A DNA stretch of 64,000 nt from NCBI GenBank assembly GCA_963708075.1, contig OY970194.1, forward strand, positions 3,552,001 to 3,616,000, written 5' to 3'. The notes beneath the pieces were generated by a model. That model had not been told where the DNA came from, did no database searches, and saw only the letters and a program-made list of their open reading frames with translations. Positions 40,876 through 51,680 of the stretch are shown piece by piece (position 1 is the first letter of the stretch; the number at the start of each line of letters is the position of its first letter). Position numbers and translations under genes: made by a program. Source of the stretch: Sedimentisphaerales bacterium. GTDB taxonomy: Bacteria > Planctomycetota > Phycisphaerae > Sedimentisphaerales > Anaerobacaceae.

Positions 40876-42722
40876 CAGTTTGCCAATGGTTTGATCTCGG
40901 CGACATCAACCGTTTTGCCGTCTTCCCACGTGGGCGAAAAGAGAACCGATACGCGAATGTCGCCGCTGGCTTGCGGCAGTCTCACCATGAGCCGCCTCAC
41001 GCCCTCGTTTTTCTTCTGCGGCGACTCCTGCTCGGCCGATTCCACCGTGAACCGCGCGTCCTTCGGGCTCAGCAGGCGGACGACCAGGCGCTTGTCTCTG
41101 AGCTTGAGCACCGCGCGAGAGCCCTCCTCAAGGTCGATCTGCGCATCAGTCGTCATACCCCATGCGACCTCGCACGGCGTTTTGATACTGAGATCGTCCT
41201 GGACCAGCACAGCTCGCCGGCCTTCGACCATGGCTACGGCCCGAAGGGCGGAGTTCACGAAGTCCTTGTACGCCTCGGTCAAATCGACAATCGCTCCGGG
41301 CTGTGCCCCGCTGAATTCCACTTTCGTGAACGTCGATTTGGCCTGCGGGTCCTGGTCCTTGCCGCCGAGCATAGGGATGTTATGGCTGGCGGAGTTGAGG
41401 CGGTAGTAGGACCATCGCTGGCCGCCGCGCTTGGCGTCCCAGTAGCCGGGCATGTTGTAGTTGTCCGCGCCCAGGTCGCGTGCCCAGCGGACGCCGAGGG
41501 CGTCGAGCTCGAAGTTGCCCAAGTCGAGATGCCCATGGTTGACCTGGTTGTAGCCGGCCTTGATGCCGACGAAGAGGGCGTTCGGATCGTCCCAGGCGCT
41601 TCGCATCGTGACGACCTCGACCGGACCCTTGAAGTAGTAATCGAGCTGTCTGCGGGCGGCCCTGGCCGGCGGACGGGCCGAGTACCAGACCAGGTGCGCG
41701 GCATCGGCGTCGCGGCCGGCGAGTTGCTCGTGTTCCGACCAGGCATACAGGGGATTATGGAAGGTGCGGGCCAGCCAGAACATGCACGGCATCGGTCGGC
41801 GGGCACTTCTTTCCCCAACATCGGCGAAGTTCAGGTACAGGCCCGTCGGTCCTGCCGTGTAGACCGGGAAGGTGCCTGCCTTGGACAAGCCGTCAATTTC
41901 GAGCAGGCCAAAAGTGCTGCCCAGGGCCGTATCCAACGCCGTCAGACCGTAGGCCGTGTAATGCGTCGCGTAGCTCCAGTAGCCCGGCCCCTCGCCCCAG
42001 GCCCCGTCAGGAGCGTAGCTCTTGAGCGCACGAGGCAAGGACTTGACTGCGGCGGGAACAATCCGCTCGGCATAGCTCGGGTCCGTCTCGGCGATGGCCA
42101 AGGCCCCGATGATCATGCCCCCGTTGCAGACCTGATTCCAGTTGTACTCACTTTGGACCCACCAGCCGTCTTTCTCATAGATCTCCAGCCCGGGCTTGAG
42201 ACCCTTCTCAATCAGGGCGGCCCGAATCTGTCCGCGCGTCGCCTCGTCCAGGTAGCCGTAGAGCCAGTCGTATCCGACCCCTACCGCATGGGACATCTCC
42301 GCCGTATCGAGGAAATGGGATGGGTTCCAATCCGGGAAGGCACAGACTTGCAGCAGGTTCTCCCTCGCCTTGGCCGCGTATTTCTCCTCGCCCGTCCAGC
42401 GGTAAGCCAAGGCAAGAGGATAAATCCGCCCCAGGCAGTCCCGGCTCACCTGCAGCAGCCGCGGGCCCACTTTCCTGTACACAAGCCCCGGCCGGGCGAG
42501 ACAATCGTTGGCGTCTTTCTGCACATCCCGCCAGATCTTCTGCATGGCCGGGTCATCCGGATAGGACGCCCGCAGCCGGCCCAGGTCCATCTCCTTGAGC
42601 ATGAGCCTTGGATGCTTCACCTCGAGCGACGACAAAACGGAAGTCTCCTTTGTCGCCTGCGCCGAGGCCAGGGAACAGAAAGTGACGACGTAGATCACGC
42701 TCAACACGGACAGGCATTTCAT
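40872..42722 (-). CDS. Heparinase II/III-like polysaccharide lyase
   Basis: Signal peptide, HPRL, NWN, EGPGYWSY, NFAD, HGHLDLGNF, SHN. Confidence 0.85.
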   Translation of the reverse strand: MKCLSVLSVIYVVTFCSLASAQATKETSVLSSLEVKHPRLMLKEMDLGRLRASYPDDPAMQKIWRDVQKDANDCLARPGLVYRKVGPRLLQVSRDCLGRIYPLALAYRWTGEEKYAAKARENLLQVCAFPDWNPSHFLDTAEMSHAVGVGYDWLYGYLDEATRGQIRAALIEKGLKPGLEIYEKDGWWVQSEYNWNQVCNGGMIIGALAIAETDPSYAERIVPAAVKSLPRALKSYAPDGAWGEGPGYWSYATHYTAYGLTALDTALGSTFGLLEIDGLSKAGTFPVYTAGPTGLYLNFADVGERSARRPMPCMFWLARTFHNPLYAWSEHEQLAGRDADAAHLVWYSARPPARAARRQLDYYFKGPVEVVTMRSAWDDPNALFVGIKAGYNQVNHGHLDLGNFELDALGVRWARDLGADNYNMPGYWDAKRGGQRWSYYRLNSASHNIPMLGGKDQDPQAKSTFTKVEFSGAQPGAIVDLTEAYKDFVNSALRAVAMVEGRRAVLVQDDLSIKTPCEVAWGMTTDAQIDLEEGSRAVLKLRDKRLVVRLLSPKDARFTVESAEQESPQKKNEGVRRLMVRLPQASGDIRVSVLFSPTWEDGKTVDVAEIKPLANW

Positions 42723-42835
42723 ACGATACCTCCATCGTGTACTCCTGGGTCCTTCGTTTTTAGTTGCGGATCAAGCGGGAGGCAAGAGAATTTTCCTCGC
42801 CGCGTCACAACCCGCCGGAAGCCGCGCAATTGCTC

Positions 42836-42864
42836 TTGACAAATAGCTCGCAGCGCTCCACACT
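42836..42864 (+). promoter_or_regulatory. Putative sigma70 promoter of nagB
   Basis: TTGACA-N17-CACACT. Confidence 0.4.
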
Positions 42865-42906
42865 TCTTCAAGTTGGATGAGGGCGAACTAGCCGTGGGGT
42901 CCAGAT

Positions 42907-43653
42907 ATGAAGAAGTACATTTACGAGTTGACGGGGGACATGGCGTCGGCGGCAGGCCACTGCGCCGCCCAGGCCATTCGCAAAGCCATCAAAGAAAAGG
43001 GCCAGGCCAATGTCATCATGGCAACGGGGGCGAGCCAGTTCGAGATGCTGCGCAACCTCGTCGTACGGCCGGGAGTCGACTGGCTCAGGGTCGTCATGTT
43101 CCACCTGGATGAGTATATCGGGGTCCGGGCGGATCACCCCGCCAGCTTCCGCAAGTATCTGCAGGAGCGATTCGTGGACAGGGTCGCGCCTTTGCAGTCG
43201 GTGTACTTCGTGCGAGGGGACGCGGAGGACCCGGCTGGGGAGTGTCGAAGGCTCGGCACGCTGATTCAGGGCTATCCAATCGACCTGGCGTGCATCGGGA
43301 TCGGCGAGAACGGGCACCTGGCGTTCAACGACCCGCCCGCCGACTTTGAGACGCAGGACTCGTACCTCGTGGTGAAGCTCGACGAGCGATGCAGGCGGCA
43401 GCAGCTCGGCGAAGGCTGGTTCAAGACGTTCGAACAGGTCCCCTGCCGGGCCATCTCCATGAGTATCCGGCAGATCATGAAGAGCAGGCAGCTCGTCGTC
43501 ACCGTACCGGACGAGCGGAAGGCCGAAGCCGTCAAAAACGCTCTGGAAGGCCCCCTGACGCCGCATTGCCCCGCCTCGATCCTGCGCACGCACCAGGACT
43601 GCTCCATCTTCCTCGATGCCCCCGCCGCCTCGCTGCTGACGGACAAGTCATGA
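42907..43653 (+). CDS. nagB: Glucosamine/galactosamine-6-phosphate deaminase family protein
   Basis: [31 protein letters not shown]. Confidence 0.88.
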   Translation: MKKYIYELTGDMASAAGHCAAQAIRKAIKEKGQANVIMATGASQFEMLRNLVVRPGVDWLRVVMFHLDEYIGVRADHPASFRKYLQERFVDRVAPLQSVYFVRGDAEDPAGECRRLGTLIQGYPIDLACIGIGENGHLAFNDPPADFETQDSYLVVKLDERCRRQQLGEGWFKTFEQVPCRAISMSIRQIMKSRQLVVTVPDERKAEAVKNALEGPLTPHCPASILRTHQDCSIFLDAPAASLLTDKS

Positions 43654-43666
43654 TACCCAGGGAGAC

Positions 43667-43747
43667 GGGTGCCATGCTTACGCTCGCGTAAGCATGCGTT
43701 TCCCCCGCGATCTGAAACATGTCTGCGCAGGCGTAGACGTGGCACCC
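43667..43747. repeat. GGGTGCCA...TGGCACCC REP-like doublet
   Basis: GGGTGCCATGCTTACGCTCGCGTAAGCATG ... CATGTCTGCGCAGGCGTAGACGTGGCACCC; each arm is an internal hairpin. Confidence 0.8.
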
Positions 43748-43797
43748 TGTCCTTCGGAGACTGCTTTGAGGCTACCCGAGACGCCAGATTCGCGGGA

Positions 43798-45450
43798 TTA
43801 CAGATCGAAGGTGTGCAGGCCGCCGACGGGGGTGATCACTTCGGCCGCCGTCCGGAGGTTTCGCGGGCGATAGTATTGTTGGGCCATGTTGTCAATCAGT
43901 TCCTGGGCCCGTTCCGATTTCACGATGGCCACGATACAGCCGCCCATGCCGGCCCCTACCAGTTTCGCTCCCGCCACGCCCGGCGTCGCCAGGGCGGTAT
44001 CGACGAGCGTGTCCAGCTCGGGCAGGCTGACGCTGTAGCCGCCCCCCTGGCGCCACAGGCGGGCCTGCTCGACCCGCTCAGGATCACCCGATTCAAGGTC
44101 GCGGATCAGAACGTCGACGCGCTTGTCCGGGTAGCTGTTATCGACAGGCACATGAGCCCCATCGGCCAGTCTTGTCACGCGGTCTCCATCGTGGGAGATG
44201 CTCATCAGCTCGCCAAACCTGGCCACATCGCCGCTATGGAGGCACTGCGAAACCATATCCGCCCGGATGCACTCGGTGATCCCATAGAGGCACACCTGCC
44301 GGATCGGATAGCCCTCCGCCGGCTCATCGTGGCTCCGGAATACGCGACGCATCTTATGCTCGTCCTCGGGCAATTGCTTCAGCAATTCATCCCGACGGGC
44401 CCATATGGGCAGGGACCGTACAATGCGATAGATCTCGCTTTCGGTCACGCCGAGGGTGTCCGGATTGACATCTCTCAGGTGTTCGAGCTTCTCGGTGTAC
44501 TGCGGGAACTGTTTCTTGATCAACATCAAGCCGAAGATGTACGCGGCCACGCGGGAGTTGAACGCGCTGCGTGCCCCGGCCTGCTTCTTGGCTTCGATGA
44601 GACTATTCGCGAGCACGAGGCTGTAGCCATCGGGGACCGGGACGGTCTCGACGCTCGTGGCAAACGCGGCGGCGTGGAGAATGGCGTTGGGCTCGGCGAA
44701 TATGATGGCGGCGTGGTCGCTGCTGCCGCCGCGTGTGCCGACGTACCACTCCGCGTAACCACAGTGCCTGACCATATCCGTGCGGCTGATGTCCAGCGAG
44801 TTCAGCCGGGCCACGGCCTCCGCCGTGGCGACAACGACCGCCGAGGAAGAACTCAGCCCGACCGCCCGGGGGATATTCCCGTAGAAGACCATGTCCATGC
44901 CCTTGACGAGCGGGGTGAACGTCCCGTGGCTATCCGTGCAGACGTTTTGCAGGTACAGGGTCGCTGCACGGATGTAATTCGACCAGGTGATCGAGGGATC
45001 GCCCTTTCGCTTCTCGAACTCGGCCAGGCACCAGGAATCCCAGTCCTCGACTCTCGTCCCCGCAGACAGGCACTGCCGGATTCGAAATTGCTCGTCCGGG
45101 AACTGGCCGGACTCGACGTTGCGGGCCGCCACGAGATCGTCGTCGCGAGGCGCCACGATCAGCCACAGATGGTTGACAGCCACCGGATTGACTGAGCCGC
45201 CGCGGTGGTCGATGTGCGTGCCCAGAACGTTGACCCGGCCGGCCGTGCGAATCACAAGGACTTCCCTGTCCGGCCCGTGGATTTCGCCGAACGTCCGCAG
45301 CGCACGGACGCACATGCGTGCCGCCTGCTCGTGCAGGTCCGCCCTGCCGGCGCAAATCCGCCGCAGCGCCTGGTTGAATCCGCTGCCGAGAGCTTCCACG
45401 GCCCTGATCCACTGTCTTACCGGATGCAACACAATCCCCCGTGACACCAT
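43798..45450 (-). CDS. Galactokinase-like GHMP sugar kinase
   Basis: AGRVNVLGTHIDH, IPRAVGLSSSSA, GGSSDHAA, GELMSISH, GAKLVGAGMGG. Confidence 0.85.
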   Translation of the reverse strand: MVSRGIVLHPVRQWIRAVEALGSGFNQALRRICAGRADLHEQAARMCVRALRTFGEIHGPDREVLVIRTAGRVNVLGTHIDHRGGSVNPVAVNHLWLIVAPRDDDLVAARNVESGQFPDEQFRIRQCLSAGTRVEDWDSWCLAEFEKRKGDPSITWSNYIRAATLYLQNVCTDSHGTFTPLVKGMDMVFYGNIPRAVGLSSSSAVVVATAEAVARLNSLDISRTDMVRHCGYAEWYVGTRGGSSDHAAIIFAEPNAILHAAAFATSVETVPVPDGYSLVLANSLIEAKKQAGARSAFNSRVAAYIFGLMLIKKQFPQYTEKLEHLRDVNPDTLGVTESEIYRIVRSLPIWARRDELLKQLPEDEHKMRRVFRSHDEPAEGYPIRQVCLYGITECIRADMVSQCLHSGDVARFGELMSISHDGDRVTRLADGAHVPVDNSYPDKRVDVLIRDLESGDPERVEQARLWRQGGGYSVSLPELDTLVDTALATPGVAGAKLVGAGMGGCIVAIVKSERAQELIDNMAQQYYRPRNLRTAAEVITPVGGLHTFDL

Positions 45451-45463
45451 TGCTCATGCCCAC

Positions 45464-45560
45464 GATTTACATTTCACCGTGGCCGATTTACAATCGGCCG
45501 GCCGATATCCGAGCCAGAATAGTAAATGGTAAAGGGCAAATGGTAAATCATAAATCACAA
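45464..45560. repeat. Inverted heptamer tandem repeat around a central hairpin
   Basis: GATTTACATTT..., hairpin GGCCGATT-TAC-AATCGGCC, then GTAAATG GTAAAGG GCAAATG GTAAATC ATAAATC. Confidence 0.7.
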
Positions 45561-46541
45561 CTAATGGTTCCCGGCCTGGTGGATCTGCAGGTCAACGGCT
45601 ACCGGGGCGTGGACTTCTCCGGCACAGAGCTGACGCAGGAGAATTTCACTTTGGCTTGTCGGGAATTGCTGAGCGCGGGGACCACGGCATTCCTTCCGAC
45701 CCTCATCACCAGCCCCGCCGAGATCTACGAGCGGAATCTGCCCATCATCGCGAGCGTCATCGGCACGGAGGAGTTCCAGGGCCGGGTACTGGGCATCCAC
45801 CTCGAAGGGCCCTTCATCTCCTCCCAGGATGGAGCCAGAGGGGCGCACGATGCCCGATGGGTCAGGAAGCCTGATGTCGCTTACCTTGAACAGCTCATCC
45901 GTCTCGCGGATAGCAAGGTCCGGCTCATCACTATCGCGGCCACTCAGGATGGGGCCGAGGACCTGGCGCGCTGCGCGGTCCGCAACAGAATCGCCGTGGC
46001 GCTCGGGCACCACATGGCCAATGAACAGGACCTGGAGCGGCTGGTCGCCGCAGGGGCGAAGGCTCTGACGCACCTGGGCAACGGCGTGCCTTCCCTGCTG
46101 AGCCGGCACCAGAACCCGGTCTGGGCGGGCATGGCGAACGACGACCTCTCCGCGACGGTGATTGCCGATGGGCATCATCTGCCCCCGTCCATGCTCACGA
46201 CCATCCTGCGAACCAAGGGCCCCGAGCGCTGCATCATCATCAGCGACGCCTCGCCGCTGGCGGGACTGCCGCCGGGGGAGTACTGGTCGATGGGCGCCCA
46301 AGTCCGCCTGGAGGAAAACGGCAAACTGCACAACCCTGCCACCGGCTACATGGCCGGCTCCTCCGCGACGATCCTGGCCTGTGCGAATCACCTGGTTTCG
46401 CTCGGCCTGGCGGGCCTCAATGAGCTTGTCACGATGTTCTGCTACAATCCCCTGCGGCTGCTGGGCATCTCGCCGAAGCAGATCCCGCCGGCGAAGGGGC
46501 TATTCTTCGACGCGAGAGAGCGTCGCGTTTCTCAGGAGTGA
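45540..46541 (+). CDS. nagA: N-acetylhexosamine-6-phosphate deacetylase
   Basis: PGLVDLQVNG, GTTAFLPTLIT, HLEGPF, THLGNG, IADGHH, ISDA, MAGS. Confidence 0.9.
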   Translation: MVNHKSQLMVPGLVDLQVNGYRGVDFSGTELTQENFTLACRELLSAGTTAFLPTLITSPAEIYERNLPIIASVIGTEEFQGRVLGIHLEGPFISSQDGARGAHDARWVRKPDVAYLEQLIRLADSKVRLITIAATQDGAEDLARCAVRNRIAVALGHHMANEQDLERLVAAGAKALTHLGNGVPSLLSRHQNPVWAGMANDDLSATVIADGHHLPPSMLTTILRTKGPERCIIISDASPLAGLPPGEYWSMGAQVRLEENGKLHNPATGYMAGSSATILACANHLVSLGLAGLNELVTMFCYNPLRLLGISPKQIPPAKGLFFDARERRVSQE

Positions 46542-46548
46542 GCAAGAA

Positions 46549-46586
46549 ACAGAACCTATAGGACTCATGGGACCGATAGGACCTAT
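46549..46586. repeat. 9-bp tandem repeat (ATAGGACCT-type)
   Basis: ACAGAACCT ATAGGACTC ATGGGACCG ATAGGACCT AT, between nagA and the GH95 gene. Confidence 0.75.
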
Positions 46587-46605
46587 CTGAGATGGAGGCT
46601 TGTCG

Positions 46606-49600
46606 ATGGGAAATCTGATCCTGCAGTTGATGATTGCCACGTGTCTGACCGTGCCTAACGATCCGCAATCCGACCTGAAGTTGTGGTACGGCGGGCCGGC
46701 GAAGGAATGGACGCAGGCCCTGCCGGTGGGCAACGGCAGGCTCGGGGCCATGGTCTTCGGCGGCACGGCCGAGGACCGCTACCAGCTTAATGAAGACTCA
46801 CTCTGGTGCGGCAAGCCCCACGATTACGCCCATGAGGGCGCGGCGCAATACCTGTCGCAAATCCGCCAGTTGCTCTTCGACGGCAAGCAGAAGGAGGCGG
46901 AGCAACTGGCGACGGAGCATTTCATGTCGGTCCCGCTGGGCCAGATGCCCTACCAGCCCTTCGGCGACCTGAGACTGACGTTCCCGGGCCACGAGAAGGC
47001 GCAGGATTACCGCCGAGAGCTCGATCTCGATACCGCCATCGCCACCACAACCTATCGTGTCGACGGCGTAACCTACACCCGTCAGGCATTCGCCAGTTAC
47101 CCGGACCAGGTGATCGTCGTGCGAATCGAATGCGATAAGCCCAGCGCGTTGAGCTTCACCGCGACACTGACCAGTCCCAACCAGGATGTGCAGACGCAAG
47201 CAGTGGCCGGGGACACGCTGGCGATCCGCGGGCGGGCGCGAGACTACAAGGCACGCGGCGATTACGGCGTGATCCGCGGCGCTGTGAAGTTCGAAGGCCG
47301 CTGCCGCGTCATCGTCCGCGGCGGCAAAGCCACGGTCGATGATAAGCAGATCGCCGTCGAAGGGGCCAACGCGGCGACACTGATGCTGGCGATGGCCACG
47401 AGCGTGAGGAATTACAGCGACATCTCGGCCGACCCGGCGGCGCGATGTGACGAGGTGTTGAAGAAGCTGGCGGATAAGAGGCCGCGTCAGGTGCGCGACG
47501 CGCACGTAGCTGACCATCAGGCCTTGTTTCAGCGTGTGTCCATCGACCTGGGTCCTGCGACGGAGCCCAGTCTGCCGACGGACCAGCGGGTGTTGAAGTA
47601 CGCCCAGAGAGAGGACCCTGCGTTGGCCGCCCTGTTCTTCCAGTACGGCCGATACCTCATGATCGCCAGCTCGCGGGAGGGCGGCCAGCCGGCGAACCTG
47701 CAGGGGCTGTGGAACGAGAGCGTCAACCCGCCATGGGATAGCAAGTACACCGTCAACATTAACACGGAGATGAACTATTGGCTCACCGAGCCGACCAACC
47801 TGAGCGAGTGCGGCCGGCCACTGTTCGACGCCTTGGCCGACATCAGCCGAACGGGAAGCTCCGTCGCTCAGAAGCATTACAACGCCCCCGGCTGGGTCCT
47901 GCACCACAATTTCGACCTGTGGCGCGGAGCCGCCCCGATCAACGCCTCCAACCACGGCATCTGGCCGACCGGCGGCGCATGGTTGTGCCAGCATCTGTGG
48001 TGGCACTATCTCTACACGGGCGACAAGACCTTCGTGGCCGAGCGGGCCTATCCGCTGATGAAAGGCGCGGCGGAATTCTTCGTGGCCTGTCTCATCGAGG
48101 ACCCGCGAAATGACAAACGCTGGCTCATCAGCGGCCCCAGCAACAGCCCGGAGATCGGCGGACTGGTCATGGGACCGACGATGGACCATCAGATCATCCG
48201 CGAGCTGTTTGCGAACACGGCCGAAGCGGCTCGCGTGCTGGGCGTCGATGCAGAATTCGCCGGTAAGCTCGACACGATGCGCAGCCGCATCGCTCCTAAC
48301 CAGATCGGCAAGCACGGCCAGCTTCAGGAGTGGCTGGAGGACAAGGACGATCCGAAGAACGACCACCGGCACGTTTCCCATCTCTGGGGCCTGTTCCCCG
48401 GCGAGGAGATCACGCCGGAGACGCCGGAGCTGTTCAACGCCGCCAGGCAGTCCCTCGTGTTCCGCGGGGATGGCGGCACGGGCTGGAGTCGGGCATGGAA
48501 GATCAATTTCTGGGCCCGCCTGCTGGACGGCAACCACGCCCATCTGATGCTCAAGAACCTGCTGACACTGACCTCTTCACCGCTCACGAACTACAAAGGT
48601 GGTGGAGTCTATCCCAACCTCTTCGACGCCCATCCACCCTTCCAGATCGACGGCAACTTCGGGGCCACCAGCGGCATCACGGAGATGCTGCTGCAGAACC
48701 ATCGCCGGGACGACCAGCGTCACTACATTATCGACCTGCTACCCGCCCTGCCGGATGCCTGGCCCGAGGGCTCGGTCAAAGGCCTCCGTGCCCGCGGCGG
48801 CTTTGAGGTCTATCTGGCATGGAAGGATGGCCGGTTGAGCAAAGCAAGAATACTGTCGAACCTCGGCAACGACTGCCGAGTCCGCACGCCTGTCCCGGTG
48901 CAAGTTGAAAGGGGTGGAGTCATCGTCCCTGTCTCGCGACCGGCAAAAGATATCACGGCGTTTAAGACAGAGCCGGGCAAAGACTACATTCTCCTGCCGG
49001 CTGAAGTCCATCCTGTGCTCTGGTATCGCCAGCCTGCCAAGGTGTGGACGGAAGCACTGCCGGTGGGCAATGGGCGGCTTGGCGCTATGGTCTTCGGGGG
49101 CGTGGAAAAGGAGCGGCTGCAACTGAACGAGGTAAGTCTGTGGTCGGGTAGTCCGCAGGACGCCGACAACCCGGAGGCGCTTGCGGCACTCCATGAAGTC
49201 CGCAAGCTGATCTTCGAGGGCAAGTACACCGAGGCCAATCGAATCGCCGTCAAGAATCTCGTGTGCAAGGGCGCCGGCTCCCGGCGTGGTTCCGGCGTTG
49301 GCTCGTTGTACGGCAGCTACCAGACCCTCGGCGACCTCACCCTGACGTTCGACAATGCAGGCGAGGTAAGCGACTACCGCCGCGAGCTGGACCTCGATAC
49401 AGCCACGGCAACGGTCACCTATCGTCAGGGTGATGCCACATTCCGAAGAGAAGTCTTCTCCAGCGCAGATGCTCAGATCATTGCTGTGCGGCTGATGTGT
49501 GACAAGCCGGCGAGAATAAACGTCACTATCGATCTGAGCCGGCCCGAGCGGTTCACCACAAGCGCTGACGGCATCGGCGGCCTGGTTATGACGGGACAAA

Positions 49601-51306
49601 TGGATGATGGCAGGAACGAAGACAGCGGGATCAAATACGTGGTTCGCCTGCGCGCACTTGCGGACGGCGTCCCAGTCGGCACGCCGAATGACAAGCTCCG
49701 AATCGCAGGCGCCAATGCGGTGATTGTCCTCCTGGCCGCCGGCACCGACTATGAACTTCAGCCACCCCATTATCGCGGCCGCGACCCCGGACAGATCACC
49801 GCTGCGCAGCTTGCACCGGTCGTTACGCTGCCGTATTCGTACTATTACGCGAGGCACCTGACAGATCATCGGAAGCTCTTTCGGCGCGTCGGCCTTGACC
49901 TCGACCACGGCACAAACACCTTGGCCGGCGAAGCGCCCACGGACGAGCGTCTCAAGGCAATGCGGGATGGAGCGACAGACCCCGGCTTGATCGAGTTGTA
50001 CTTCCAATATGGCCGATACCTGCTCATTTCCAGCTCGCGGCCGGGCTCGCTGCCGGCGAATTTGCAGGGGATCTGGGCGGACGGTATCCAAGTACCCTGG
50101 AATGGCGACTACCACGCGAACATCAACGTGCAGATGAACTATTGGCCGGCGGAGGTCTGCAATCTGGCCGAGTGCCACCAACCTTTGTTCGATCTGATCG
50201 ACTCGCTCCGTCCCAGCGGCCGCAAGACGGCGAAGGTACACTACGGCGCGGACGGATGGACCGTACACACGATCACGAATGTCTTCGGCTTCACGTCGCC
50301 GGGCGAGCACCCGGGCTGGGGCCTGTTCCCCGCCGCCGGCGCCTGGCTGTGCCAGCATCTGTGGGAGCACTACGCTTTTGGAGGCGACAGGCAGTTCCTG
50401 CAACAAGTCTGGCCCATCATGCGGGAGTCGGCCGAGTTCTACCTCGATTTCCTCGTGGCCGATCCTGCGACCGGCAAGCTCGTCAGCGGACCGGTGAACT
50501 CGCCGGAGAACACGTTCATCACCGCCGATGGCCAGCGCGCGTCCCTGTGCATGGGGCCGGCGATGGACCAGGAAATCATCTGGGACCTGTTCACAAATGT
50601 CCTGGACAGCGCCAAAGTGCTCGGCATTGAAGACGAATTCGTCGGACGCGTGCGCGACGCCCGTGCGCGGCTGCTCGGACCGCAGATCGGTTCCGACGGT
50701 CGGCTGCTGGAGTGGTCGCAGGAGTTCAAGGAAGCTGAGCCGGGACACAGGCACATGTCACACCTGTTCGCCCTCCATCCCGGCAGACAGATTAGCGTGA
50801 CTGGCACACCGGACCTTGCAGCGGCGGCGAGAAAATCACTGGAGTACCGGCTCTCGCACGGCGGCGGCCACACCGGCTGGAGCCGCGCATGGATCATCAG
50901 CTTCTGGGCCCGCCTCCGGGATGGGGACAAGGCTCACGAGAATATCGCAGCGCTGCTCGCCAAATCGACCCTGCCCAACCTGTTCGACACCCACCCGCCC
51001 TTCCAGATCGACGGCAACTTCGGCGGTACCGCGGGCATCGCCGAGATGCTGCTGCAAAGTCACGCGGGCGAGATTCATCTGCTGCCCGCCCTGCCAAGTG
51101 CATGGCCGTCCGGGCGCGTCAAAGGGCTGCGGGCAAGAGGCGGATACGAGGTGGACATCGCCTGGGCCGGCGGCAAGCTGACCGAGGCGACAATCCGCCC
51201 GCTACGGGATGGCCCATGCAAAATCCGGTACGGCAACGACACGGTCCAAATCGACGCGAAGGCCGATAAGGCTCTGCATCTCATTGGAAATCTTACGCAA
51301 TTATGA
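46606..51306 (+). CDS. Secreted tandem GH95 glycoside hydrolase (two complete alpha-L-fucosidase-type modules)
   Basis: Each half has [49 protein letters not shown], and [19 protein letters not shown]. Confidence 0.95.
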   Translation: MGNLILQLMIATCLTVPNDPQSDLKLWYGGPAKEWTQALPVGNGRLGAMVFGGTAEDRYQLNEDSLWCGKPHDYAHEGAAQYLSQIRQLLFDGKQKEAEQLATEHFMSVPLGQMPYQPFGDLRLTFPGHEKAQDYRRELDLDTAIATTTYRVDGVTYTRQAFASYPDQVIVVRIECDKPSALSFTATLTSPNQDVQTQAVAGDTLAIRGRARDYKARGDYGVIRGAVKFEGRCRVIVRGGKATVDDKQIAVEGANAATLMLAMATSVRNYSDISADPAARCDEVLKKLADKRPRQVRDAHVADHQALFQRVSIDLGPATEPSLPTDQRVLKYAQREDPALAALFFQYGRYLMIASSREGGQPANLQGLWNESVNPPWDSKYTVNINTEMNYWLTEPTNLSECGRPLFDALADISRTGSSVAQKHYNAPGWVLHHNFDLWRGAAPINASNHGIWPTGGAWLCQHLWWHYLYTGDKTFVAERAYPLMKGAAEFFVACLIEDPRNDKRWLISGPSNSPEIGGLVMGPTMDHQIIRELFANTAEAARVLGVDAEFAGKLDTMRSRIAPNQIGKHGQLQEWLEDKDDPKNDHRHVSHLWGLFPGEEITPETPELFNAARQSLVFRGDGGTGWSRAWKINFWARLLDGNHAHLMLKNLLTLTSSPLTNYKGGGVYPNLFDAHPPFQIDGNFGATSGITEMLLQNHRRDDQRHYIIDLLPALPDAWPEGSVKGLRARGGFEVYLAWKDGRLSKARILSNLGNDCRVRTPVPVQVERGGVIVPVSRPAKDITAFKTEPGKDYILLPAEVHPVLWYRQPAKVWTEALPVGNGRLGAMVFGGVEKERLQLNEVSLWSGSPQDADNPEALAALHEVRKLIFEGKYTEANRIAVKNLVCKGAGSRRGSGVGSLYGSYQTLGDLTLTFDNAGEVSDYRRELDLDTATATVTYRQGDATFRREVFSSADAQIIAVRLMCDKPARINVTIDLSRPERFTTSADGIGGLVMTGQMDDGRNEDSGIKYVVRLRALADGVPVGTPNDKLRIAGANAVIVLLAAGTDYELQPPHYRGRDPGQITAAQLAPVVTLPYSYYYARHLTDHRKLFRRVGLDLDHGTNTLAGEAPTDERLKAMRDGATDPGLIELYFQYGRYLLISSSRPGSLPANLQGIWADGIQVPWNGDYHANINVQMNYWPAEVCNLAECHQPLFDLIDSLRPSGRKTAKVHYGADGWTVHTITNVFGFTSPGEHPGWGLFPAAGAWLCQHLWEHYAFGGDRQFLQQVWPIMRESAEFYLDFLVADPATGKLVSGPVNSPENTFITADGQRASLCMGPAMDQEIIWDLFTNVLDSAKVLGIEDEFVGRVRDARARLLGPQIGSDGRLLEWSQEFKEAEPGHRHMSHLFALHPGRQISVTGTPDLAAAARKSLEYRLSHGGGHTGWSRAWIISFWARLRDGDKAHENIAALLAKSTLPNLFDTHPPFQIDGNFGGTAGIAEMLLQSHAGEIHLLPALPSAWPSGRVKGLRARGGYEVDIAWAGGKLTEATIRPLRDGPCKIRYGNDTVQIDAKADKALHLIGNLTQL

Positions 51307-51316
51307 GACAACCCTG

Positions 51317-51345
51317 TTGACACGGCCTCCGGCGACCGTTTTACT
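51317..51345 (+). promoter_or_regulatory. Putative sigma70 promoter
   Basis: TTGACA-N17-TTTACT, about 335 nt upstream of the next ATG. Confidence 0.4.
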
Positions 51346-51680
51346 GAATGTCAGCATGTCAAGCAGGCAGGTTGCGGGGTTGGTATTCTGTTTTGAGTTT
51401 CCGTTTTTGAGCCGAGTCGAAACTGAGCACTCCATCTGAGAGCTCACATGGTATTTGATTTCACATGATGAGGGTCGGCGGCATGGCAACTTGCAGAGTC
51501 TGCACAGTATAGCCACACCTCGACTGCCACGAAAGGAGGGTTTTACACAGAACAGGCAATTTGGTCACCTGGGAAGGAGGGTGATGAGTTGGTTTCTCAT
51601 TGTTTGTTGCCGGCCTGCCGAGGATCGGCGGCCTGCAACCGGTAGAAGCACTACTCTGAACCCGGAAGAAGGAGACCAAG

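Noticed and set aside
51455..51680. c-di-GMP or other named riboswitch
   Set aside because: The GGCAAAC...GAAA...GACGCAAAGC core and other familiar consensus motifs are absent.
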